Origin: a bacterium
Lineage (GTDB): Bacteria; Planctomycetota; Planctomycetia; Gemmatales; Gemmataceae
Reading direction: 5' to 3'
NCBI GenBank assembly: GCA_017308215.1
Contig: JAFKFQ010000258.1
Span: 23,412-87,411 of the forward strand
DNA: 64,000 nt
Position numbers and translations under genes: made by a program. Under the pieces are notes generated by a model that worked only from the letters and a program-made list of their open reading frames with translations, was not told the DNA's origin and did no database searches. This document shows, piece after piece, positions 55,217-64,000 of the stretch. The first letter of the stretch is position 1; every line of letters begins with the position of its first letter.

Positions 55217-58200
55217 TTAGTGTATATACCTCCGTTTCTTCGGGGGAAATGAGCCATCGCAGTAGCCATAACACGTCTGGCGGTCTTCGGGACCACCTAT
55301 CGCGTCGGCCATCCGCGCCCGGCAAACTTCACGCTCTTCTGAGGTTTTGAGCGTGTCGCAGAAGACCCTTTGTGCTTCAACGAAGTACCCCGAGTTGGCT
55401 AGGTCGCAAGCGTCCCTGCACCGGCTATTCCGGGTTCGGCGTGGGCCCATTTCAAGCTGCGGGTCGAACGAGCATTGAGCTGGCTCCTCGGGTCCGAATA
55501 ACGCCTCTTGAATCTCGTCGTGGAAAAGCTCCTCTATGACACTGCCGATCGAGTATCCAGCCGCAGCCGCACCAATCACGCCGGCGTCTGGAGGAAACGG
55601 AATTAAATCCGAAACACTTACAGACGGCGACGAGGTTCCGGAAGCACCGTAGCCACCACCTTCAACTTGTTGGACCTCTAAACCGTCAGGATCAACATGA
55701 CTGATCGGATTTGCGATCGCGTAAGCGTGCATGTTGTCGCCACCAGCGTATCCGATCGGATCGGCAGAGATCCAGCGAGACAGGTTGGGGGAGTACCATC
55801 GGTGGGTGGCAAGTACCAGCTTTGAGTCGCCGTCACGGTAATAGCCGTCACGGCCACCGTACTTAAACGGGTTCGGCGTCACTCCCGACGAATACAGTTC
55901 CCAGCCGTATCCGTCGTACCTGTACCCATCGATTACGGCACCTGTCGCATCCGTTAAGAATCTCGTCTCGGCTTGCGGGCCGAAGTGATACCACCGAGAG
56001 TCTCCTATCCCGAAGAGTCGTTGTGAAACGATTCCATACGCTCCCCAAGTAGTCGCAGCACTTGGAGCTCCCGTATCGACTTCGCCAAGCAGGACACGTC
56101 CTGAAAAGACAAAGAATCGCTTCAAGGAGCCGCTTCCAGTGGGATGCCGCAGCACGCGCTTCCCGCTTGCATCGTAGCCGTAGGTCAGGTCGTCAGTAGA
56201 TGTCTGCTGCCGCTTTAGACGATTTCTCACGTCCCAGGTCAGTGTGGTGTTCGGTATCCCCGCTCCGCTCACCGCGATCATGTTCGCGTCGGCGTCGTAA
56301 CTCGCGCTCCCGCCGCTCAGCGAGCTGATCTTGTTGGCGTCGTCGTAGCTCGCGAACGTCGAGCCGCCGTACGTCGTCATGTTCCCGGCGAGGTCGTAGC
56401 CGTAGCTCCGCGTGTAGGCTCCTGTTCCCGTTCGGTCCTCCGCCGTCAGCCGGTAGAGCGCGTCGTAGGTGTACTCGACTTCGGACGAGTCGAGTTCCGT
56501 CACCTTCGTGACGTTCCCGACGGTGTTGTTCCCTCCGTCGTACTCCAGGTCGTAACTCGCAAACGGCGTGGTTCCGAGCTTGTGGAGAATCTGCGTCGGC
56601 CAGCCGCGGTTCTGGTTGTAGGTGTAGGTCGTCGATGTCCCGTTCTCGTTGGCTTGAGTCTTCAGCTTCCCCACCCCGTCGTAGGTGAACGTCGTCGTCT
56701 CACCGAAGCTGTTCACGACCTCGGTGAGGCGGCCGGCCCCGTCGTAGTCGTATTCCCAGTCCGCGACACTCGACGTTCCATTCTTCCATTCGAGTGCGTG
56801 GAGCGTGCCGTCCGGGTTGTAGTCGTACTCCAGTGTCTGGGCGTTCGTCAGCCCCGAGACGCTCCAGTCGTATTCGACCGCCGACACCCTCCGGCCTGAA
56901 GTGTAGGAGTAGGTCGTCGTTCCCACTTCGTCCGTCACCGCCGATACCCGCCCATCGGTCCGAAACGTGTAGCTGATCGAGGTCGGCGTTCCGCTCGCCG
57001 GGACGAGGTCAATCTCCTCCACCCGTCCCGAGCCGTCGTAGGTGTACTGCTTCTTGTGTCCTCGGGTGTCCTCGGTCTCGGCGAGTCGCCCGTAGTCGTC
57101 GTAGCGGTAGAGGAGGTACGAACCATCCGGGTAGAGCGTCTTCTTCAACTCTCCGGCGAGCCCGTACTCGTACTCGGTCTCCTTGCTCCGGGCGTCGATG
57201 AACGCAGTTGTCCTGTGGTCCGCGTCCTGGTCCCAGGCGAGGCTCTTCGAGAGCGGCATGTCCACTCCGGTGAGTTTCCCGCACACCGCGCAGAAATCGA
57301 ACGAGGTCACCGCACCTGCCTCGTCGGTGATGAAAGCCAACTTCCGGTAGCTGTAGGCGTAGTCCCGGTATTTGCCGTCCGGAAGGGTCTCTCGCGTCGT
57401 TCGCCCTCCTCCGTCGTAGGCGAACTGAAACGCGATGTCCGTCCCGCTCTCCGGAGTCTGTTCGATTTCCGTCACCTGGCCCGCGCCGTTGTAGCTCGTG
57501 AACCGGGTCTCGTTCCCCGCTCCGTTCGTGATTTTCTTCAGGAAGCCGAAGTTCGGAGAAGAACTTGTCTCCTCGTATTCGTAGGTCGTCGTTCCTGTTG
57601 GCGATCCACTCGGAGGGGCCACCGTGAGCAGTTGGCCATAAGCGTTGTACGTCTTGGTCCAGGTGTTCCCGTCCCCGTCCGTGACGCTCGTTCGAAGGTG
57701 CGGCTGCGCCACGTCGCCGTAGACGAGTTGGACCAAGCTTCCAATGCTGTCCTCGACTTCCGTCAGGTCCACGCCGTTTCCTGCGTAAGTGAACGTCCAG
57801 ACCCCGCCATTGTTGTCGTCGATCTCGGTCACCTTCCCCTTCGAGTTGTAGGTGAAGTCGGTGGTCGTCGCTCCATCCGAGATCTGCGTGATGTTGTGAT
57901 TCGAGTCGTACTGGAACGTGTAGCTCACACCTGCCGAAGCCCCACTCATCACCGGGAGAATCGTCCGGACAAGCCGTCCCGAAGAGTCGTAGTCGTGCTT
58001 CGTCACCCCTCCAAGCGAGTTCGTCACCTGCGTGCGGTAGGAGGCACCGGAACCCGGCGAGGCGAAGTAGTTCACGTTCGCGTTCCCGCCCGGCCAGGTC
58101 ATGTTCGCGAGGTACGTCGTCTGGCCGCTGACCGCACCTTGCGGGAGGTACGTGAAGGACAGTTTCGACGTCGTGTCGCCGTCCTTCTCGACGTCCTTCA

Positions 58201-60010
58201 AGAGGTGCTGCTGGCCGCTCGCGGTGAAGTAGGTGACGTCCACCTTCTCGATCACCGTTCCGGAGTTGTTCTTCCTCTGGATGGAAGAGATCTTCGCGTT
58301 ACCGTTGTAGGAGATTGTCGTGTAGTTCCCCGACGAGTCCTCGGTGATCTGGATGATCCGCGGATAAGTGTCATAGGTGAGCGTGACGGTCCTTCCCGTG
58401 CTCACCTCTTCGATCTCGACTGGGTGGTTCTGCCCACTCTTCAGCGCCCAGGTGATCTGCCGGATGTTTCCCACCGGGTCAGTGATCTTCGTGAGCCCGC
58501 TTCCGGGGCCGTTGAACTCGTAGGTCCAACTTCCGGCCTGCCAAATCTCTCCCGGAGCGCCGGCGTTCTGAAGCTTGTATCCCCCGGTGATGCTCGTGAA
58601 CGTCCCGTAGAACCCGGCCGGCGGTGTCGGCGAGCCGCTGGTCGTTCCGACGTAGAACTCGCTGCCGTCCGCATCGACGAAGTATCGGGAGCTGCCCGAG
58701 GTCATGAAACCGATGGAGTACGTGAAGTTGCCGTTCATCATACTCGTGAAGTACGCGCCACCCACGATCCGGTGGCTGTGAAGCTGGATTTCAAGCGGGA
58801 TGCCCGACCCTCGACCCGCTTGGCTCGACACACTCACGCTCACTGTCGCGTTCCCCGTCGCCGGGGTGACCGAGCCGGTGGCGCTCATCGAGCCGCGCTG
58901 CGCCGGTTCGGCAGAAGCCATACTCATGAAGGAAGCACCGCCTGCTCCGCCATCTCCCCCGTTCCCCGCTCCGCCGCACTGGTGCGAGATGGAGCCGCTG
59001 TCCGTCGCATCCGTCCCCGCTCTTGAAGGAGTTTTCGGGCGGCAGAACATGTCGGCCGAGGTGTTACTCGTCGAGCCCTCGTCGTCGGTGACAGTCAAAC
59101 TTGCCGTGTAGGTGCCGGCGTGGGGTGGGTTGAACGAGACGGAGGCGTTGCTCGACGAAGAGAAGCCGTAGCTGCTCGGCCCTGACACGCTCCATGCGGC
59201 CGAGCAGGTGTTCCGCGAGTTCGGAGGAGGTGATGTCGGGTTGTCCGGGTCGTAGGAGAAATTGGCGAAGGACGTGTCGAGGCCCTGAGAGCAGTTCTGC
59301 TGCACGTCGAGGACTACGACCGGGCTGTTCGCGCCGAATGCTGCGGTGATCGTCTGGTTCCCGGTGATGGTCGTCGTTCCGACTCCTGACCCGTCGGTCC
59401 GGGCGTATGACGTGACGGTGTACGTGCTGGAAGGTGCAACCTTGTAGTAGGTGACCCCGCCAAAGCTCTTCGTGTTTCCCGGCGAGCAGCCGAGATGCAC
59501 GGAACTGTTCCCGCTTCTGCTCGTCGAGCCGTTTTCGCTGATTCCGGTGCTCAGTTTCGTTGCCGAGAATGTTCCGGCGTTGTACATGTATCCGCCGTAG
59601 CTCACGGAGCTTGAGACCGGCGCGCTGATGTTGTAACTCGCGGTGCCCGAGCCCGAGAGGTAGACGTCTCCGCCGTGCTTCGCCCACAGGCTGAACCGGT
59701 ACCCTCCGCTGTACTCGCAGACCCCACTTCCGCTCGTTCTCTCTGCTGTCACAGAGCTGCTCAACGTCAGCGTCCCACCTGATGCGCCCGCACTGCTCGA
59801 CTCGTTGAACGAACAGACTCCGGAGGTCCAAGAGCCGGAGTCGCTCAGCGATGTGATCTGTGCCGCGCTCGACGAGTTGCTGCCGTTTGCGACGTGGTTT
59901 CCTTCGTAGATGAAGTCGGGAGGTGTTTGGGCGACTGCGCTTCCGAGAAAAATCAGCCAAGCGGAAGAAAATGCGAGTTTCAAGCTGTGCCGGTGGCTCG
60001 TGCCAATCAT
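55217..60010 (-). CDS. RHS/YD-repeat protein with signal peptide, PKD domain and Cys-rich C-terminal tip
   Basis: GTYTASLTVTDDEG (PKD), many YD repeats, core RWYSPNLSRWISADPIG...NPISHVDPDG. Confidence 0.93.
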   Translation of the reverse strand: MIGTSHRHSLKLAFSSAWLIFLGSAVAQTPPDFIYEGNHVANGSNSSSAAQITSLSDSGSWTSGVCSFNESSSAGASGGTLTLSSSVTAERTSGSGVCEYSGGYRFSLWAKHGGDVYLSGSGTASYNISAPVSSSVSYGGYMYNAGTFSATKLSTGISENGSTSRSGNSSVHLGCSPGNTKSFGGVTYYKVAPSSTYTVTSYARTDGSGVGTTTITGNQTITAAFGANSPVVVLDVQQNCSQGLDTSFANFSYDPDNPTSPPPNSRNTCSAAWSVSGPSSYGFSSSSNASVSFNPPHAGTYTASLTVTDDEGSTSNTSADMFCRPKTPSRAGTDATDSGSISHQCGGAGNGGDGGAGGASFMSMASAEPAQRGSMSATGSVTPATGNATVSVSVSSQAGRGSGIPLEIQLHSHRIVGGAYFTSMMNGNFTYSIGFMTSGSSRYFVDADGSEFYVGTTSGSPTPPAGFYGTFTSITGGYKLQNAGAPGEIWQAGSWTYEFNGPGSGLTKITDPVGNIRQITWALKSGQNHPVEIEEVSTGRTVTLTYDTYPRIIQITEDSSGNYTTISYNGNAKISSIQRKNNSGTVIEKVDVTYFTASGQQHLLKDVEKDGDTTSKLSFTYLPQGAVSGQTTYLANMTWPGGNANVNYFASPGSGASYRTQVTNSLGGVTKHDYDSSGRLVRTILPVMSGASAGVSYTFQYDSNHNITQISDGATTTDFTYNSKGKVTEIDDNNGGVWTFTYAGNGVDLTEVEDSIGSLVQLVYGDVAQPHLRTSVTDGDGNTWTKTYNAYGQLLTVAPPSGSPTGTTTYEYEETSSSPNFGFLKKITNGAGNETRFTSYNGAGQVTEIEQTPESGTDIAFQFAYDGGGRTTRETLPDGKYRDYAYSYRKLAFITDEAGAVTSFDFCAVCGKLTGVDMPLSKSLAWDQDADHRTTAFIDARSKETEYEYGLAGELKKTLYPDGSYLLYRYDDYGRLAETEDTRGHKKQYTYDGSGRVEEIDLVPASGTPTSISYTFRTDGRVSAVTDEVGTTTYSYTSGRRVSAVEYDWSVSGLTNAQTLEYDYNPDGTLHALEWKNGTSSVADWEYDYDGAGRLTEVVNSFGETTTFTYDGVGKLKTQANENGTSTTYTYNQNRGWPTQILHKLGTTPFASYDLEYDGGNNTVGNVTKVTELDSSEVEYTYDALYRLTAEDRTGTGAYTRSYGYDLAGNMTTYGGSTFASYDDANKISSLSGGSASYDADANMIAVSGAGIPNTTLTWDVRNRLKRQQTSTDDLTYGYDASGKRVLRHPTGSGSLKRFFVFSGRVLLGEVDTGAPSAATTWGAYGIVSQRLFGIGDSRWYHFGPQAETRFLTDATGAVIDGYRYDGYGWELYSSGVTPNPFKYGGRDGYYRDGDSKLVLATHRWYSPNLSRWISADPIGYAGGDNMHAYAIANPISHVDPDGLEVQQVEGGGYGASGTSSPSVSVSDLIPFPPDAGVIGAAAAGYSIGSVIEELFHDEIQEALFGPEEPAQCSFDPQLEMGPRRTRNSRCRDACDLANSGYFVEAQRVFCDTLKTSEEREVCRARMADAIGGPEDRQTCYGYCDGSFPPKKRRYIH

Positions 60011-60137
60011 AGGCCCTCCGTGGATAAGTCCCGCCGACGCTAGCACGGTCCGCGTGGCGAAAATACCCCCACTTCCCCCTGATGAAACCGCTGATTGAAG
60101 GAGGCCCGGTGGTGCGCGGGCCTGAACTGCGAACCTG

Positions 60138-60419
60138 TCAGTAGTCGTCCGGCAGGAGCACGGTCGTGACGGACCGGTCGGCCTCGGTGATCACCCAAAA
60201 GGTGGTCCCGCTTGCCGACTGGTAAACCGAGAGGAGCCGTGTTCCGTCGTGGAGCGCGTCGTCGTTGGCCGCCCGGTCTTCAGCGTCGACGTTCCCCCAG
60301 TCCCCCGAGGCGTGCCGCCGGAGCGCGGCGACGATTTCGGGTTGGGTGAGCACGCCGAGCGCTGCGGGCGTCGCCACGATCTGTCCCAGGGGGACGGGTA
60401 GCAAGTTCGGAGGGACCAT
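60138..60419 (-). CDS. Conserved plasmid/ICE-type hypothetical protein
   Basis: GQIVATP...RHASGDWG...WVITEADRSVTTVLLPDDY. Confidence 0.8.
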   Translation of the reverse strand: MVPPNLLPVPLGQIVATPAALGVLTQPEIVAALRRHASGDWGNVDAEDRAANDDALHDGTRLLSVYQSASGTTFWVITEADRSVTTVLLPDDY

Positions 60420-60434
60420 GCGGCACCTCCTGGT

Positions 60435-60737
60435 TTACTTCTCGGCCGACGCCGGGTTCTCGTACACCCAGACCATCGCCATGTCGGCCACCTTCGCGAC
60501 GAGGGGCAGATCCTCCCGCCCGAAGCTCGTCGAGTCCTTCCACTTGTCCTGCTTGTCCTTGTAGAGCCGGGAGATCTGCACGTTGTAGCGCGGACCGCCC
60601 TCGGTGTCGTTCAGCCAGACGGCGGCGCGAACGCGCCCGAGACGGATCTCGTGAACGGGTTTACTGCTGGTCTTCTGGTCACGGACCTCACCGCCTCGGG
60701 GCTCCTTGCCACCCGGGCCGTTTTTCGCAGCCATCAC
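60435..60737 (-). CDS. Small putative ssDNA-binding-like protein of mobile elements
   Basis: PVHEIRLGRVRAAVW...RLYKD...WKDSTSFGREDL. Confidence 0.7.
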   Translation of the reverse strand: MMAAKNGPGGKEPRGGEVRDQKTSSKPVHEIRLGRVRAAVWLNDTEGGPRYNVQISRLYKDKQDKWKDSTSFGREDLPLVAKVADMAMVWVYENPASAEK

Positions 60738-60904
60738 TGGGTCTCACTGAGGATGTGTGGAAGGCCCGGCAGCGCCCTGCCCGGCTGCCTCGTCGGGGGC
60801 GGTTCCTCCGCGGGGAGCGGCCGCGGGCGTCCTCGTTGCCGCTGCGGCACACGACTGAGCCTCCTCAGCGTGCGTGGGCGTCGTTCCCGTCGTGCGAACT
60901 CCAT
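60734..60904 (-). CDS. Small Arg/Pro-rich hypothetical protein
   Basis: MEFARRERRP...; stop overlaps the start of the next gene. Confidence 0.35.
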   Translation of the reverse strand: MEFARRERRPRTLRRLSRVPQRQRGRPRPLPAEEPPPTRQPGRALPGLPHILSETQ

Positions 60905-61303
60905 GAACTCGAACTCGGTCCTGGAAAACCGAACTGCACCACCGGTCTCCGCGCGCCGGCTGACGGTTCGCGGGGTCGGTGTTTGTTGCGTCTTTGGCGC
61001 GGCTACGACGGAAAGAGCTTGGTGACTGGGCTCGCGATAGCACCCGGGAGGCCGGGGCGCAATCGAATTGCTTGGAAACGCCGCTCGGGCTGCTGTTCTT
61101 CGTTGAAATCCAGCCTCGTTGCGTGCTAGCCAAGCCTGGTCCGGTCGCAGTTCCCGGCCCGATCTTTCTGCGGTCCTCACCTGCTAGATGCGACTCCGAC
61201 CTCGCGGCCGTCCGCGTTCCGCACGGCCCAACCGAGAGGCCGGTGGTGCAACCGATTTTGGTTTCTCAACGCCCACATTCCCGCTCCCATCCGAGGACAA
61301 GCA

Positions 61304-62335
61304 GTGACGAGACAGAACCTGACGCGCGCGAGCAGAGAGCTGTTCCGCCGCGGCCCCGACGAACGATTCCCGGACCTCGACGCCCTCCTCGCCCACTGCC
61401 GGCGCGAGAAGGAGGACTCCACCGACCGCTGGCACCCGCCCCCGTCGCTCGCTCCGGACGAAACGCCGGACGGGCGGCTCGGTGTTCGGGCCGGCACCGA
61501 CGGGCTGTTCACGCTGAACGACTGGAGCTTCGGCCAGCTGTGTTCCCTCGCCCGAGTCAGCAAGGAGACGGTGAACCGGCTCGCGCCGGTGACGGCGGCC
61601 CAGGTTCTCCGGGAAACGCTCCCCGGTGGGAACAAGCCGCTCCAACTCCTCACCCGCGGGGACGGCGTGCGGTCGGTCCACGGGACCGCCTACACCCGGC
61701 TCCACAACGCGGACCTGGTCAGCGTGCTCAAGGACTACGCGACCGACTTCCAGCCGCCCCAGGTGGGGATGAACGGCGGGACCGGCCTCTACTGCGGTGA
61801 GCAGGATCTCTTCGCGTTCCTCATCGACCCCGCCGGCTGGGCGGAGATCGACGGACAGGCGTTCGCCCCGGGGTTCTTCGTCTGGAACTCCGAAGTCGGC
61901 AAGCGCTCGGTCGGCATCCAGACGTTCTGGTTCCAGGCGGTGTGCGCGAACCACATCGTCTGGGACGCGGTTGAAGTGATCGACTTCAGCCGCAAGCACA
62001 CGGCGAGCGTCGGCGACGCGCTCGGCGAGATCCGCCGGCACGTCGAGCAGCTCGTTCGGAAGCGTGACGAGCGGCGGGACGGGTTCCTGCGGGTGATCCG
62101 GAAGGCGATGGAGCAGACGCTCGGCGAGGACGCCGAGGCGGTGATGAAGGAACTCGCGAAGCACGGGCTCGCCCGCGGCATCGCGAAGCAGGCGGTCGAG
62201 ATGGTCGCTGGCGGGCGGTTCACGATCTTCGCGCTCGTGGACGCTCTCACCCGCCTCGCGCAGAAGGCGGAGAATGCTGGCGACCGGACGGCGCTGGACG
62301 TGCAGGCGGCGGCGGTCTTCGCGCTCGCGGCGTGA
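61304..62335 (+). CDS. DUF932-like protein (mobile-element leading-region type)
   Basis: LNDWSFGQLC, GFFVWNSEVG, AVCANHIVW. Confidence 0.8.
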   Translation: MTRQNLTRASRELFRRGPDERFPDLDALLAHCRREKEDSTDRWHPPPSLAPDETPDGRLGVRAGTDGLFTLNDWSFGQLCSLARVSKETVNRLAPVTAAQVLRETLPGGNKPLQLLTRGDGVRSVHGTAYTRLHNADLVSVLKDYATDFQPPQVGMNGGTGLYCGEQDLFAFLIDPAGWAEIDGQAFAPGFFVWNSEVGKRSVGIQTFWFQAVCANHIVWDAVEVIDFSRKHTASVGDALGEIRRHVEQLVRKRDERRDGFLRVIRKAMEQTLGEDAEAVMKELAKHGLARGIAKQAVEMVAGGRFTIFALVDALTRLAQKAENAGDRTALDVQAAAVFALAA

Positions 62336-62497
62336 AGCAGTGCAGGCTGCGGACTCGGAGCAACGACAGCGGACAGGATGGATCTCCCGAACCCACCGAG
62401 AGGTTGGTCCTTGCACCACCGCCCTCTCGTCGGCTTGAAGATTCACGAGTCGCGGTACTCTGCCGCGGCTCTTCCTTCCGACTTTCCGTGTGAGGCG

Positions 62498-62803
62498 ATG
62501 AAGACATATTCCGGAAGCCGCACCGCGAGCGGCTGCTCGGTGACGGTCACCGACGATGACGGGCGCCGCGCGCTCAACCCGCGGCACGACCTCCGCAACC
62601 ACTCTCCGGACGGGTTCGAGTGGGGCTACGCCGGGAGCGGCCCCGCGCAGCTCGCACTCGCGCTCGCGGCGGACGTGCTGGCTGGTGACGATGAGGCGCT
62701 CCGCGTGTACCAGCGGCTGAAGGCGCGGGTCGTGGTCGGACTCTCCCGTGAAGGCTGGACGCTCACGGCCGATGAACTGGCGGAGACCATCCGTACGCTT
62801 TAG
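62498..62803 (+). CDS. DUF6166-like protein
   Basis: RNHSPDGFEWGYAGSGPAQLALALA. Confidence 0.8.
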   Translation: MKTYSGSRTASGCSVTVTDDDGRRALNPRHDLRNHSPDGFEWGYAGSGPAQLALALAADVLAGDDEALRVYQRLKARVVVGLSREGWTLTADELAETIRTL

Positions 62804-63201
62804 GTCACAACAGGCGGCTGACGACGGCGTCGTGTCCTGGAGGTTTGGCCGGTGGAGGTTTTGACCGCACCACCGGCCTCGGTCATCATCCTCCCCCACT
62901 CCGTCCGGAACTTCGCCTGCCGTCGCCGTCGGTCGTCGTCGGGGGATACCAACTGCTGCCCCCGACGACGACCGACGGCGGCGGCAAGGTGGGGAGTGCA
63001 TTGCGTGTCTGCTCTCCTCAACGACTGCTTGAACCGGAGGGAGTCGGAGGGGGAATGCGCCCGACGAATGCGACTCGTTGATCGCGAGCTTTACAAAGAC
63101 TCGCGCGCTTCGCCGGCTACGTCTCGGAGCCAGCCGCAGCCGACGCGGCACCTACAATTCCGGCTCACCTTGCGACGCGCACCCGCACCGAGGGAAACCC
63201 G

Positions 63202-63750
63202 ATGAAGCCCGCCTTCGCCTCAAGCCTGTTCTGCCTGGTTCTTGTCGGTGCTGCGGTCGGGCAGCCGGCGACTGAAATCAAACTCGTGTATCCGGTCGTC
63301 CCGGACGTTGGCGGAGTTGCGCCGCTTCCATCCACTGCCGAACAGCCTCGCAAGGGGGCGAAGGTCGTGTTCGACATCACCGCCGATGCGAAACCGGGTG
63401 ATCTGAACAAGGGGCTTGAGCGTGCGGCGAGGCTGCTCAACCTCTACGGAGCGTCCGGGCTAAAGGGGACCGACGTGAAGGTCGCCCTCGTGCTGCACGG
63501 CGAGGCGACGAAGGCCGCTCTGAACGACACGACCTACAGCGCAAAGTACGGGCATGGCTCAAATCCCAACCTTTCCGTGATTCGCAACCTCCAAAAGGCT
63601 GGCGTCGAGGTGTACGTCTGCGGGCAAGCCCTGAACTACAAGGGCTTCAAGCAGTCGGACGCCGCGAAAGAAGTGTCGGTCGCGGCCGCAGCGCTCACGG
63701 TGGTGGTGAACCGGCAGAGCGACGGCTTCGGCTACGTCCCGGTTCCCTGA
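63202..63750 (+). CDS. Secreted DsrE family protein
   Basis: Signal peptide, KVVFDI, LVLHG, GVEVYVCGQAL. Confidence 0.85.
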   Translation: MKPAFASSLFCLVLVGAAVGQPATEIKLVYPVVPDVGGVAPLPSTAEQPRKGAKVVFDITADAKPGDLNKGLERAARLLNLYGASGLKGTDVKVALVLHGEATKAALNDTTYSAKYGHGSNPNLSVIRNLQKAGVEVYVCGQALNYKGFKQSDAAKEVSVAAAALTVVVNRQSDGFGYVPVP

Positions 63751-63798
63751 CTCGGCATCGATGTCGCGGAACGACGGCCGCCGGCCGTGGCGGAGCGG

Positions 63799-64000
63799 TC
63801 AGGACATGATGTGACGGTTTCCGTTCTGCGGGTCGTTCGGAAGTATCGACCCGATTTCTTTCGCCCAGCAATTGAGAAGGCGGAGCGCCTCTCGCTCGCG
63901 ACCACCGACACAGAGCGCTTGCACGCAACGCGCCTCGGTGTCGTCGAGCACGGCCCAGAAGCCGACGCGGTCGGCCCTGGTTTGCACCGAACGGTTGATA
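63799..64000 (-). CDS. Hypothetical protein, 5'-partial
   Basis: Frame open to the window edge: ...VGFWAVLDDTEARCVQAL...EALRLL. Confidence 0.5.
   Translation of the reverse strand, partial: INRSVQTRADRVGFWAVLDDTEARCVQALCVGGREREALRLLNCWAKEIGSILPNDPQNGNRHIMS

Larger units (their letters stand above)
60101..62880. repeat. Dispersed intergenic repeat GCACCACCGGCCTC (5 copies, both orientations)
   Basis: Copies at about 60101-60116(-), 60935-60949(+), 61233-61251(-), 62411-62429(+), 62867-62880(+). Confidence 0.7.

Noticed and set aside
62852-63205. 117-aa ORF before the DsrE gene
   Set aside because: No motifs, atypical composition, and it starts within a repeat hairpin.

Overview
High-GC bacterial accessory region, Planctomycetota-like (DUF1559 prepilin, HEAT, PQQ-propeller and GPHGG-type secreted proteins), probably cargo of an integrative or plasmid element. 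It is a heavy-metal resistance island with four RND efflux clusters (czcCBA-like), a CDF exporter, a P1B-ATPase with an unusual Cys-free site, MgtC and a His-tailed EamA. Interleaved are anti-phage modules: Gabija plus a third HEPN gene, a stand-alone HEPN gene, and an RsAgo-like catalytically inactive long-B Argonaute translationally coupled to a SEFIR/TIR effector, next to a tyrosine recombinase with a dif-like site. An Rhs toxin with two immunity paralogs and a mobile-element backbone region follow. The two most notable observations: (1) the long-B pAgo + SEFIR two-gene system; (2) eight paralogous or analogous 130-165 aa leader genes with an N-terminal signal/TM segment and a Cys/His-rich middle. 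Six of the seven complete copies end in a hydrophobic LLI/LRI-like tail at the stop codon and one ends in NAPP; each complete copy lies 80-210 nt upstream of a metal-related or exported-protein gene, suggesting metal-sensing ribosome-arrest leaders. All calls come from motif recognition by eye; no database searches were run, so novelty claims are unverified.
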